64,000 nucleotides of DNA from Candidatus Bathyarchaeota archaeon (lineage in GTDB: Archaea > Thermoproteota > Bathyarchaeia > TCS64): the NCBI GenBank assembly GCA_043826455.1, contig JBDRQD010000015.1, positions 64,001 through 128,000 on the forward strand, read 5' to 3'. The position numbers were made by a program, and so were the translations under genes. Positions 18,143-26,960 of this stretch are shown here, in pieces; position 1 is the stretch's first letter; each line of letters starts with the position of its first letter. The notes below the pieces were generated by a model. It was not told the origin of the DNA, ran no database searches, and saw only the letters and a program-made list of their open reading frames with translations.

Positions 18143-19315
18143 TTGGGGAAGAGGCGTCTTTTCAGTTTCGGCCTCCTGGCCATGGTGGCGACCCATGCGC
18201 TGATCCATGCGGCAGGAAACATGAAGAACACCATGATCGTGGAGCTGCGAGACGAGTTCGTGCTGAGCAACCTGGAGATAGGTGTCATAGGGGCGGTGCC
18301 GCCGCTGGCCCAGGTCCTGTTCTCGCTACCGGTGGGTTGGATGAGTGACAGGTACGGGGCCAGACGACTGGTTGCTCTGAGCATAGTTATGGCTGCGCTG
18401 GGGGCGCTGATAGCCGGGTTCACGGTGAACCCGGCCATGTACATCGTGGCGTTGACGCTGATGACGCTGACCAGCACCTTCTACCATCCGCCCAGCCACA
18501 GCTACACGGCTAGGCTGGTGGAGGGTGAGGACAGGAGTAAGGCCATGGGGTTCCTGAACGCTGGGGGCACCTTCGGGGTGGCCCTGGGGCCGCTGAGCAT
18601 CACGGTTTTGATGGGGTACTTGGCGTTCCAGTGGAGGCAGGTGTACCTGTTCTGGGTGGCCCCCATCGCCCTGAGCCTGGTGCTGGTGTTCTTCCTCAGG
18701 GACATGCAGGGCGCCGGAAGAGATGAGGCGAACGGTGAACCCGTGGAGGGGGAGGTGACGACCCTGCTCAACAGGGACTTCATAATGTACCTGTCCGCGT
18801 CCGGTGTCCGCCAGTTCGCCCTGGGCATGATCGGCACCTTCCTCAGCATCTACCTGGCCGACGCCCGGGGGTGGAGCATCACGGAGCTAGGCATCATGTT
18901 CGGGGCCAGCAGCTTCCTCGGCCTCGCAGCGTCCCCCATCGGCGGCTACATGGCGAGCCGGTTGGGTGATAAGAGGTGGGTGGTTATCGCCCTGGGCATC
19001 AGCTACCTGTTCTACATCGGGGCGTTCCTCACCGAGGGCGTGCTGCCCTTCATGGCCCTCTACCTGGCCTACAGGTTCTTCGGGATACTGGGGATGCCGG
19101 CCACGGCGTCGTTGACGGCTAAGCTGAGTCCTCCGAGGCAGATGGGGATGGGTTTCGCCGTCAGCTTCCTGCCCCAGAGCATAGTGGGGGTGGTGGCGCC
19201 CATCGTGGCGGCGTACATCGCGGACATCTTCGGGCTGTTTCCCATCTTCACGGCGAGCTTCATCATCATGTTCCTCGGCTTGGGGGTGCTTCACTTCGGG
19301 GTAAAAGTGGATTAG
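18143..19315 (+). CDS. MFS transporter
   Basis: GWMSDRYGARR motif A and about 12 hydrophobic segments. TTG18143 preferred over the GTG17642 track start. Confidence 0.88.
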   Translation: MGKRRLFSFGLLAMVATHALIHAAGNMKNTMIVELRDEFVLSNLEIGVIGAVPPLAQVLFSLPVGWMSDRYGARRLVALSIVMAALGALIAGFTVNPAMYIVALTLMTLTSTFYHPPSHSYTARLVEGEDRSKAMGFLNAGGTFGVALGPLSITVLMGYLAFQWRQVYLFWVAPIALSLVLVFFLRDMQGAGRDEANGEPVEGEVTTLLNRDFIMYLSASGVRQFALGMIGTFLSIYLADARGWSITELGIMFGASSFLGLAASPIGGYMASRLGDKRWVVIALGISYLFYIGAFLTEGVLPFMALYLAYRFFGILGMPATASLTAKLSPPRQMGMGFAVSFLPQSIVGVVAPIVAAYIADIFGLFPIFTASFIIMFLGLGVLHFGVKVD

Positions 19316-19350
19316 CTCCCTAAACCCAAGTTGATCCAGCGAAGTACGTC

Positions 19351-20631
19351 CTAGCCCACGGATTTCGGCTCAGACTTGTTTTTCCCCTCTTTGGTCTTGA
19401 GCAGTATTATAAGGAAGGGGGGAATCATGAAGACAATCTGCAGCGTCCAGGGCAACGTGTGGCTCACGTTGTCGTATAGCCAGCCCCCCAGCAGCTGGCC
19501 CAGGCTGAGGGCCATCATGGTGAAGAAGCCGCTGCTGCCGTTCACCCTACCCCTGTGCTCCGTGGGCACCAGGTCCGCGGTCCAGGCCGCCCCGGCGCTG
19601 CTGATGAGCACCTGGAGGACCCCCACCAGGGTCATGGCCAGGATGAGCCTCCAGAAGTTACCGTACAGGAACAGGGGCACCGCAGCGGCCCAGAGGATAT
19701 AGCTGGCCAGCAGGGGCCTCTTCTTGCCGATGGTGTCTATGAGCTTGCCGGTGGGCAGCGCGAATATTATCATGGTGACGAACATGGAGGCCATGATGAG
19801 GCTCAGCTCAAACTCGGTGATGCCCAGGTCGTCCACCATGAAGAGGGTGAACACGGGCATGAACATGCCCACGGTGAACATGGTGAGGACCTGGCTCACG
19901 AAGAGGGTGAACGCCTCCCCTGGCACGAGACGCCATATGCCCACGCTCTCCCTGAAGCTCACAGGGTAGCTGGCAGCCATCTCGGCCAAGTTGATCCTCT
20001 CCGGCGACTCCAAGGTCTCCTTAAGCCCGGTCCTTAGGGCCGCGGCTGCGAAGAAGCCCACCGCAGCCAGGCCGTAGCTCAGCCTCATGGTGGGCATCAA
20101 CCCGATCCGCAGGTAAAGGAACCCGGCGATGAGGGGCGAAGGCGTGGTGCTGACGCTGCCTATGAGGCGGACGATGCCGAACCCCATGCCCCTCCTCTCA
20201 GGGGGCAGGCTGTCAGCTATAAGCGCCTCCAGGGCGGGTCCGTAGATGCCCGTGAACCCCATGACGACTGCCCCTAGGATGATCCACTCCCAGGTAGGCG
20301 CGAAGATGTACACGATGCGGCTGAGCCCGGCCAGCCCCGTCATGGTCATGATGATCCACTTCCTGCCATACCTGTCCGCTATGTAGCCCCCCGGTATCTG
20401 CACCAGGCCCCTGGCTAGCATCTCAGCGGCCCCTATGATGCCCAGGCTGCCGGCTGTGCCCCCCAGAGCCTTGACGTACAGAGGGAAGTAGGTGCCGGGG
20501 AGCTCCGCGAAGAAGTCCACGATGAGCCAGCTCACCATCAGCAGGAGGAAGTTGCCCTGGATGAAGCCGAACTCGTGGCGGAGGCGTTGCAGCGGCCCCA
20601 CTCCACGGTTAATGGTACCATTATCGGTCAT
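19351..20631 (-). CDS. MFS transporter
   Basis: GGYIADRYGRK and GKLIDTIGKKR motifs. ATG20631 (MTDNGTI). Confidence 0.88.
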   Translation of the reverse strand: MTDNGTINRGVGPLQRLRHEFGFIQGNFLLLMVSWLIVDFFAELPGTYFPLYVKALGGTAGSLGIIGAAEMLARGLVQIPGGYIADRYGRKWIIMTMTGLAGLSRIVYIFAPTWEWIILGAVVMGFTGIYGPALEALIADSLPPERRGMGFGIVRLIGSVSTTPSPLIAGFLYLRIGLMPTMRLSYGLAAVGFFAAAALRTGLKETLESPERINLAEMAASYPVSFRESVGIWRLVPGEAFTLFVSQVLTMFTVGMFMPVFTLFMVDDLGITEFELSLIMASMFVTMIIFALPTGKLIDTIGKKRPLLASYILWAAAVPLFLYGNFWRLILAMTLVGVLQVLISSAGAAWTADLVPTEHRGRVNGSSGFFTMMALSLGQLLGGWLYDNVSHTLPWTLQIVFMIPPFLIILLKTKEGKNKSEPKSVG

Positions 20632-20870
20632 GGGTCCCCCTCGCCGCCCCCACAATAAAATTGTATCATTATTGTATCCGGACCCCCACATCCCAGGAAA
20701 ATGGTACCATTTCCCATCTTGGCCCCATCTCTCTGACTTGATAAACCCTGCATTAGTGTAATGGTACCATTATCACGTGGGATGAGTCCTCCCCCACATA
20801 ATGGTACCATTATTCCACCTGCTTCACCTGAATCGTCTCGTCCCCGAAGAATGGTACCATTATCCGTCAT
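20610..20870. repeat. Array of six palindromic AATGGTACCATT repeats with unique 28-48 bp spacers
   Basis: Cores start at 20611, 20659 (degenerate AATTGTATCATT), 20700, 20760, 20800 and 20850. Confidence 0.9.
20628..20870 (-). CDS. Possible 80-aa leader ORF reading through the repeat array
   Basis: Starts MTDNGTI like the MFS gene, and its TGA overlaps the MFS ATG. May be non-coding. Confidence 0.25.
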   Translation of the reverse strand: MTDNGTILRGRDDSGEAGGIMVPLCGGGLIPRDNGTITLMQGLSSQRDGAKMGNGTIFLGCGGPDTIMIQFYCGGGEGDP

Positions 20871-20950
20871 CGGCGACCCGCCCCCATGCCTCTATGACCA
20901 CGATAGTTTTTCCTCGTTTCTTAACCTTTAGGCTGAGCCCGGCCCTGAAC

Positions 20951-21061
20951 TCAGTCATCGCCTGAGGCTTCACCCCTGAGCCTCCGCACCATGTAGAGGG
21001 CCACGGCGCCGTTCACCAAGAAAACGAGCAGGGGGAGAAAAACGTACTCCTGTGGGTTCAC
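20951..21061 (-). CDS. 36-aa single-TM microprotein (below the ORF-track cutoff)
   Basis: GTG start; MNPQEYVFLPLLVFLVNGAVALYMVRRLRGEASGDD; GGAG upstream. Confidence 0.55.
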   Translation of the reverse strand: MNPQEYVFLPLLVFLVNGAVALYMVRRLRGEASGDD

Positions 21062-21358
21062 GGCGCACTCAACTCCATGTGGCTTCCTCTAAGCCCCAAA
21101 GAGGCGGACCCTGTAATATGTCTAGTTTCTGACCGTTTAGTAAAAATCAGTACTGATACATACTTCTCAAGGCCCATCCTCGCCATGATCTAGGAGCCAA
21201 TGTAAATTCAGCGGTTCAGTCATATTACTACTCTAGGTAACACGTTTTCGTAGTATGAATACGTAGTAAATCGTCCTCAGCGGTCGCCCAGTTTTTTAAT
21301 CATCTGTCCAGCTGGGAACAGTTTTTTTAGTACCATACGCGCCTTAACATGATTCAGC

Positions 21359-22522
21359 ATGGACAAGATACTGGAGGACATCAGGATACTGGACTTCACC
21401 CACGTGTGGTTCGGCCCCTACTGCACCATGATGCTGGGGGAGCTGGGCGCAGAGGTGATAATGGTTGAACCCCCCTGGGGCAACATAGGCCGCCTGGGCC
21501 CAGGCGAGCTGTACAAGGGCACCGCCACCACGTTTTGGGCCCTCAACCAGAACAAGAAGGACGTGGCGGTGGACCTCAAGAACCCTGAGGCCATGAAGCT
21601 GGTCAAGGAGCTGGTGAAGAAGAGCGACGTGGTGGTCCAGAACTTCGCGCCGGGCGCCATGGAGCGCCTGGGCCTAGGCTACGACGTGCTCAAGGAGCTC
21701 AACTCGAGGATCATCTACGCTGCCCTCAGCGGCTTCGGCCAGACGGGTCCCTACAGCAGGTACGGCAGCTACGCGGTGGTGGCCGAGGCCATAAGCGGCC
21801 ACACCTACGCCACGGGCAAGGGCATAAGCCCCGACCATCCGCCGGTCACCATGGCAGGCGCCCTGGGTGACCTCGGACCCGCAATGTACGCCGCCTTCGC
21901 CATCGTGGCCGCCCTCAGGCACAGGGACAGGACGGGCGTGGGGCAGATGATCGACGTGGCCCAGATCGACACAATGGTGGCCTTCAACTGCTGCGCATCG
22001 GTGGCCTACGACATGTTCAAGGAGAGCCCCATTGAGAGGCGTAAGAACAGGCCCCAGGACCCCAATAGGATATGGGGGGTCTTCCAGGTGAAGGACGGCT
22101 GGGTGCAGATCGCCGGGGAACGCGGCAAGGCGATTGAGAACCTGAAGCAGGAGCTGGGCGTGGACGAGGTGAGCAAGGATATGGTGATGGAGCGCATCAA
22201 GGACAAGACACGATACGAGGCCTTCCAGTGGCTAGCAAACATGGGGTTCCCAAGCGCCCCAATCTACGAGGCCCACGAGGCCATGTGGGACCCCCACCTC
22301 AAGGCCAGGGACATGTGGGTGGAGGTTGACAGCCCGGTTGCCGGCAAGTATACGGTGCCCAACTTCCCTGTTAAGTTCAGCGAGACCCCCGGAGAGGTTG
22401 ACAGGGCCTCACCAGCCATAGGGATGCACACACGGAAGGTGTTGAAGGAGCTTCTAGGGAAATCCGATGCAGAGCTGGACGCCCTTGAGAAGACCGGCGC
22501 CATAGCCCAGTGGAAGGGCTAA
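21359..22522 (+). CDS. CoA-transferase family III (CaiB/BaiF)
   Basis: IRILDFT..GPY, LGAEVI, NQNKK, NFAPG..ERLGLGY, SGFGQTGPY and catalytic-Asp region (LGDLG). Confidence 0.93.
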   Translation: MDKILEDIRILDFTHVWFGPYCTMMLGELGAEVIMVEPPWGNIGRLGPGELYKGTATTFWALNQNKKDVAVDLKNPEAMKLVKELVKKSDVVVQNFAPGAMERLGLGYDVLKELNSRIIYAALSGFGQTGPYSRYGSYAVVAEAISGHTYATGKGISPDHPPVTMAGALGDLGPAMYAAFAIVAALRHRDRTGVGQMIDVAQIDTMVAFNCCASVAYDMFKESPIERRKNRPQDPNRIWGVFQVKDGWVQIAGERGKAIENLKQELGVDEVSKDMVMERIKDKTRYEAFQWLANMGFPSAPIYEAHEAMWDPHLKARDMWVEVDSPVAGKYTVPNFPVKFSETPGEVDRASPAIGMHTRKVLKELLGKSDAELDALEKTGAIAQWKG

Positions 22523-22714
22523 CCCCCCTTTACATTAGAGCTACTCGTTTAAACCACGTTTATGGTGGCCTCAGAACCCAGACGATGGGGTGTGGGGCAC
22601 CGGAAGAGGAACGTTGACTCGGGGACAGCACCGGTGCTTACCTTCAAAGCCTCTTCATGAACACCCCTTTTAATGAAGACACTTATTACACTACATTAAA
22701 TCGGTGCTGACACT

Positions 22715-23899
22715 TTGACCGTAGACTTAGAGCCCTCAGGGTCGCAGACTCTGGAAACGAGTCAGTTAAACCGCGCTGACACGCGTCCCCGCCTCGAGTT
22801 CATCGACTTCACCCGGGGCCTGGTGATGGTGCTCATGGCCTGGGACCACGTCTCCGGGTTCTGGAACAAGACCCACGGAGGTTTAGAGGGCATCATGAAG
22901 GTCAGGTCCCCTGACCTGGACCTGGTCCACTTCTTGTCCCGGTTCGTGACCCACTACTGCGCCCCCGCCTTCATCTTCCTGGCGGGCACCTCCCTGGCCC
23001 TCTCATCGGCCAGGAGGCTCAGCAGGGGCGCCACCCAGCTGGAGATAACCAAGCATATCCTCATCAGGGGCCTGGTCCTGGTGCTCATGGAGCCCCTGGT
23101 GGTGTCACCGGCCTTCGGGCTGCCCTGGCTCACCGTGGGAGTCATCTCATGCATAGGCATCTGCCTTATGCTCTTCAGCGTCGCCAGGAGGCTGCCTCCC
23201 TGGGCGATACTCACCGGCTCATTGATCGTCGTATTCAACCACCAGTGGCTGGACTTGGGCCTCATACCCGACACCGTGGCCTGGGGCCACTACCTCCGGG
23301 TCATCCTCCACGAGCCCGGGTACAGCTGGCCACCTTACTTCGGCTTCTACACGGTCATCCCTTGGGTGGGGGTCATGGGCCTCGGCTACTGCTTCGGGGT
23401 CTACCTGAACGGCCTGGACTCTGATAAGATCATGGCCCTCAAGGCGCCTCTGGCGCTGACGGGCCTAGCCTCCTCTGCCCTCTTCTTTCTGGTCAGGTAC
23501 TTCAACGGGTACGGTAACCTGGTCCTGAGGTGGGGCGATGACGTCAGGGACTGGCTCTACTTGAGCAAGTACCCGCCCAGCGTGGCCTTCCTCCTGTGGA
23601 CCCTGGGCGGCATGTGCCTGTTCATGGCCTTAGGCCTCATAATAGAGGGCAGGGGCAGGCCCAGGGAGGGGCTACCTGGTGTGCTGAATACCTTCGGGCG
23701 GACGCCCCTCTTCTTCTACTTGGTCCACCTGTGGCTCTACAGGTTCAGGCTGCCGGGGGTCCCGGAGCCCCCCTTCTGGCTGGGTATCCCCGAGACGCTT
23801 GTCCTTTGGTTTGCAGGCCTCGCGGTGCTGTACTATCTGTGCAGAAGATTCGAGGCCCTGAAACGGGCTCACCCGGGCTCCCCCCTACAATACATATGA
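22715..23899 (+). CDS. DUF1624 / HGSNAT-domain membrane protein (putative acyltransferase)
   Basis: IDFTRGLVMVLMAWDH, THYCAPAFIFLAG and KYPPS motifs. Confidence 0.8.
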   Translation: MTVDLEPSGSQTLETSQLNRADTRPRLEFIDFTRGLVMVLMAWDHVSGFWNKTHGGLEGIMKVRSPDLDLVHFLSRFVTHYCAPAFIFLAGTSLALSSARRLSRGATQLEITKHILIRGLVLVLMEPLVVSPAFGLPWLTVGVISCIGICLMLFSVARRLPPWAILTGSLIVVFNHQWLDLGLIPDTVAWGHYLRVILHEPGYSWPPYFGFYTVIPWVGVMGLGYCFGVYLNGLDSDKIMALKAPLALTGLASSALFFLVRYFNGYGNLVLRWGDDVRDWLYLSKYPPSVAFLLWTLGGMCLFMALGLIIEGRGRPREGLPGVLNTFGRTPLFFYLVHLWLYRFRLPGVPEPPFWLGIPETLVLWFAGLAVLYYLCRRFEALKRAHPGSPLQYI

Positions 23900-23900
23900 G

Positions 23901-24518
23901 GTGAACGTGGCGGTGACAATGTTTGGCGGCTTGAACACACGGACCGTGGCCCTCTCCCTGTTGGTGGCTGGGCTGGTGACGGGGGGCAACCTGTGGCTGC
24001 ACATGGGCGACACGCCTCTAGGGTACACAGAGTACAGCAGGTACGGGTTCAGCCTCCTCCACCCATCCAACTGGTACACCTACGAGGGGGGCTTCACGGA
24101 CCCCGGGATGGGGGCCAGCGACGTCCATGGGATGTTCCAGGCCGTCCTCTTCACCGAGGACCATGTGGAGCTCATGCAGGTGGGGTGGCAGACCTCCGTC
24201 GAAGCCCCCGAGGGGGCACCCTCTGTGGAGGAGGTCGTCCAGTCGATCGAGAGCACACCCAACACGACCGTAACCAGCATAGGCCCGTTAAAGACCTTCA
24301 ACAAGGATGGATTCGAGGTCACGTACACAGTCTTCGGGGTTGTACAGAGGGGGCAACCCCTCACAGCCGTAGTCGGGACCATGGCCCAGCCCTGGCCAAG
24401 CCTCCGAAGCTACAGGGTCTACGTGTTGTCCTACGCGGCGGACAGCGCCTCCACCTCAGAGGCCCAGGCCGAGGAGAGGTTCCTGGAGTTGCTGGGCAGC
24501 TTCCGCAGCCCCGCGTGA
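23901..24518 (+). CDS. Exported hypothetical protein (PsbP-like features)
   Basis: N-terminal TM, YGFSLLHPSNW and a C-terminal F..LLGSF pattern. Confidence 0.55.
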   Translation: MNVAVTMFGGLNTRTVALSLLVAGLVTGGNLWLHMGDTPLGYTEYSRYGFSLLHPSNWYTYEGGFTDPGMGASDVHGMFQAVLFTEDHVELMQVGWQTSVEAPEGAPSVEEVVQSIESTPNTTVTSIGPLKTFNKDGFEVTYTVFGVVQRGQPLTAVVGTMAQPWPSLRSYRVYVLSYAADSASTSEAQAEERFLELLGSFRSPA

Positions 24519-24519
24519 G

Positions 24520-25095
24520 TCACCGGGAAACAAATCCGCTGTTCTTCACGTAGAACCTGAGGTTCTCTGGCAGGTCCCTGGTGACCCCTATCCTGTGCGA
24601 TGACGCCGTCTCAGGTTCTGAGTCACTGTGGAGCGCATGGATGGGGCTCTTCTCATCTGTAGCCTTCGACCCGTTGAGGCTCTTGCCGATGGCTAGTGCC
24701 ACTGAGAGCTTCCCTGGGCCGCTGGTCAGCTTCGCCATCTTATCCACCGGGCGGTTCACCAGCATCCTCTCGATGCCCGTGGTGGGCTCTATGGCCCTTA
24801 TGAGGACGCCTCCGACTCCCCCCGGCCTGTGGGCGATGAAGTTGAGCATCCAGTACCTGTGGACATTGTAGACGAATAAGCGGCCGGGCTCACCCCACAT
24901 CACCTTGTTGTAGCTCTTCCGCCCCTTGAACGCCCTGCTGGCGGGGTCGCCCTCCCCGTAGTAGGCCTCCGTCTCAACGATGACTCCCTCAAGCCTCTCG
25001 CTGCCCAGCCTCCTAACCAGAGTCTTCCCTAGGAGCGCCCTGGCTACATCAGCTGGGTCCCTCGCGTAGAAGCCTTGTTTGAGAACCAGGGTCAT
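24520..25095 (-). CDS. 3-methyladenine DNA glycosylase (AAG/MPG family)
   Basis: IVETEAY.G..DPAS, VLIRAIEP, SGPGKL and RIGV motifs. Confidence 0.92.
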   Translation of the reverse strand: MTLVLKQGFYARDPADVARALLGKTLVRRLGSERLEGVIVETEAYYGEGDPASRAFKGRKSYNKVMWGEPGRLFVYNVHRYWMLNFIAHRPGGVGGVLIRAIEPTTGIERMLVNRPVDKMAKLTSGPGKLSVALAIGKSLNGSKATDEKSPIHALHSDSEPETASSHRIGVTRDLPENLRFYVKNSGFVSR

Positions 25096-25137
25096 CGAGG
25101 AATCTATGCCACACAGAGTATAAAATATGGAGAGAGT

Positions 25138-25155
25138 TTTGAACGCGTGTTCAAA
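25138..25155. promoter_or_regulatory. Palindromic operator candidate TTTGAAC-N4-GTTCAAA
   Basis: Perfect 7-bp arms between divergent genes; a further TTCAAAT half-site near 25183. Confidence 0.5.
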
Positions 25156-25205
25156 TCCCTAGGTTTTAATCCATAGAGAACATTCAAATCGTTGGTAAGG
25201 TTGGC

Positions 25206-25979
25206 ATGAACCGTTCCAGTAGGCAAGCATTCTACGCGACTGTCCTCCTCTTAGCCTCCGTCATCGTGTTCGGGGTCGCCTCACCGAGCAGTCTGGGCAA
25301 TGAACCGTCATCCTACGTCTACGATGTGAGGATCGAGGCCAACAGGGACACAGTCAAGGTGGGTGAGAGCTTCACTGCGACGGTCTACCTCTACAACCCG
25401 GGCGACCGCGACATCCTCCTCGAACCCATCCGCCAGTGCACTCTCAGTGGTAACAGTGTATTCGACCCTGAGCCCGTGAGCTGCGTGGTCAACATCGACT
25501 ATGTGGCCGGGGCCAAGATCAGGATAGGGGCTCGCGACAGGGCCGTGTTCCTTCGGCAGGTCTTCACGCCGGAGTACCCTGGCTCCTTCACTATCTCCTG
25601 CCTCGGCGCTAGGAAAACCGTAACAATAACCGGGTACAAAGAGGTTGCCCTGAACAGCACAGGGATTAGCCTAGTTATCGAGCCATCTCGCACAGACCTC
25701 AAAGACGGGGACTACGTTGAGTTCAACCTGGTTATAGTAAACGACAACCCGTACCCGGTGAAGGTCCCGGTATTCAACAAGCTCTCCTACAGTCTTACCC
25801 CGAACAGCCCTATCGGTACAATGTATATTGAATGGGTCTGGAGATACTTTGAGGTAGAGGCGGAGTCCCAGAGAACAGTGTGGAAAGACAGTTTCCTCGT
25901 AAGATACCCCCGCTTCAGCCTCTACTACTACGCTGACGGGGTCACTTCCTCGCTGGAGATAGAGGTCGGGAGACGATGA
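25206..25979 (+). CDS. Exported beta-rich (Ig-like) hypothetical protein
   Basis: Signal peptide; NSTGISLVIEPS...NDNPYPVKVPVF segment shared with the next gene. Confidence 0.7.
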   Translation: MNRSSRQAFYATVLLLASVIVFGVASPSSLGNEPSSYVYDVRIEANRDTVKVGESFTATVYLYNPGDRDILLEPIRQCTLSGNSVFDPEPVSCVVNIDYVAGAKIRIGARDRAVFLRQVFTPEYPGSFTISCLGARKTVTITGYKEVALNSTGISLVIEPSRTDLKDGDYVEFNLVIVNDNPYPVKVPVFNKLSYSLTPNSPIGTMYIEWVWRYFEVEAESQRTVWKDSFLVRYPRFSLYYYADGVTSSLEIEVGRR

Positions 25980-26914
25980 CTTCTGCCCTGTTCTCTCTAT
26001 CCATGGGCTTGAACAATCTTTTCCTTATGTTGACCGTGTTTATTTTGATCGGACTCGGCCTCGGTCTTAATGTATATTTTCTGCGGTGCGTTGGAACCGG
26101 GCACCGGCTAGGACCGACGAGGCTCTGGAAAAAGTATGGAAAAGTAGCTGTACCGTTGCTGGTTATCGCGATAGGATACGCGAACCTTGACCATTATTGT
26201 AGCTTTCAGATAAAAGCCGATCAATCTAGTTACGGTGCAGGTGAAGCAGTGGAGATCAACTGTACCGTAATAAACCCACTACCAGTACTAATCTATTATC
26301 GTGGACACTCCGCGATAGTCACCGAAATGCGTTATATAGACGGCTCAAAAGTACAGAGAGCCCATTTAACCATCAGCGAAGCTACCGCAGAGGCAGCCGC
26401 GGAAGCAGCTAGAGCAGCATCAGGCGCGATTATAGATAATGGATTCATAGCACCCTACGGGGAAAAAGTCGTAAAAACAGTGATATATGTCCCGAAGTAT
26501 GAGGGAGAAGTCATAGTCAATGCAGAGTTACGGAGTATAGCTAAAGCATCAACTAGCTATCTGAGCATCTCTATAACTGAATATGAACCAATATGGGTCA
26601 CCGTTAACTCTACGGGTATCACGTTACTCCTTGAACCTAGTGAGGACCCCGATAACCCAACTATACTGATCAGGGTGAAGAATGACAATCCGTACCCTGT
26701 AAGGATCCCAACGTTCTCACCTCTGGAAATAAAACACGGTTCTCTTGACAGCGAAATGTATAATATGATTTTCATCAACTGGGTATATCCACACTGGGAT
26801 ATCCCTGCATACTCCACGAAGACCATCTATAACACGGATGCATATGCCTCGGACACTCGTACACCCATCTACTACACTCTCTACAGACAGACCCTGAGAT
26901 ATCCCCCGGAGTAA
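25976..26914 (+). CDS. Membrane-anchored beta-rich hypothetical protein, paralog of the preceding gene, low GC
   Basis: Two N-terminal TMs; NSTGITLLLEPS...NDNPYPVRIPTF segment; ATGA overlap. Confidence 0.7.
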   Translation: MTSALFSLSMGLNNLFLMLTVFILIGLGLGLNVYFLRCVGTGHRLGPTRLWKKYGKVAVPLLVIAIGYANLDHYCSFQIKADQSSYGAGEAVEINCTVINPLPVLIYYRGHSAIVTEMRYIDGSKVQRAHLTISEATAEAAAEAARAASGAIIDNGFIAPYGEKVVKTVIYVPKYEGEVIVNAELRSIAKASTSYLSISITEYEPIWVTVNSTGITLLLEPSEDPDNPTILIRVKNDNPYPVRIPTFSPLEIKHGSLDSEMYNMIFINWVYPHWDIPAYSTKTIYNTDAYASDTRTPIYYTLYRQTLRYPPE

Positions 26915-26960
26915 CCGTTATCAGTCATCTAGCCCCGGCTTATGTAACCGGGGTGCCCTC

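Noticed and set aside
20610..20870. Canonical CRISPR array
   Set aside because: The conserved core is only 12-16 bp, spacer lengths vary from 28 to 48 bp, there is no GAAA(C/G)-type end, and no cas genes are present. Kept as an unexplained array.
21305..21322. ORB-like TCCAGCTGGGAAC
   Set aside because: Single imperfect copy, no G-string, and no cdc6/orc1 in the window.
25145..25165. tRNA T-loop-like GTTCAAATCCC
   Set aside because: No T-stem, acceptor stem or anticodon arm; better explained as one arm of a palindrome.
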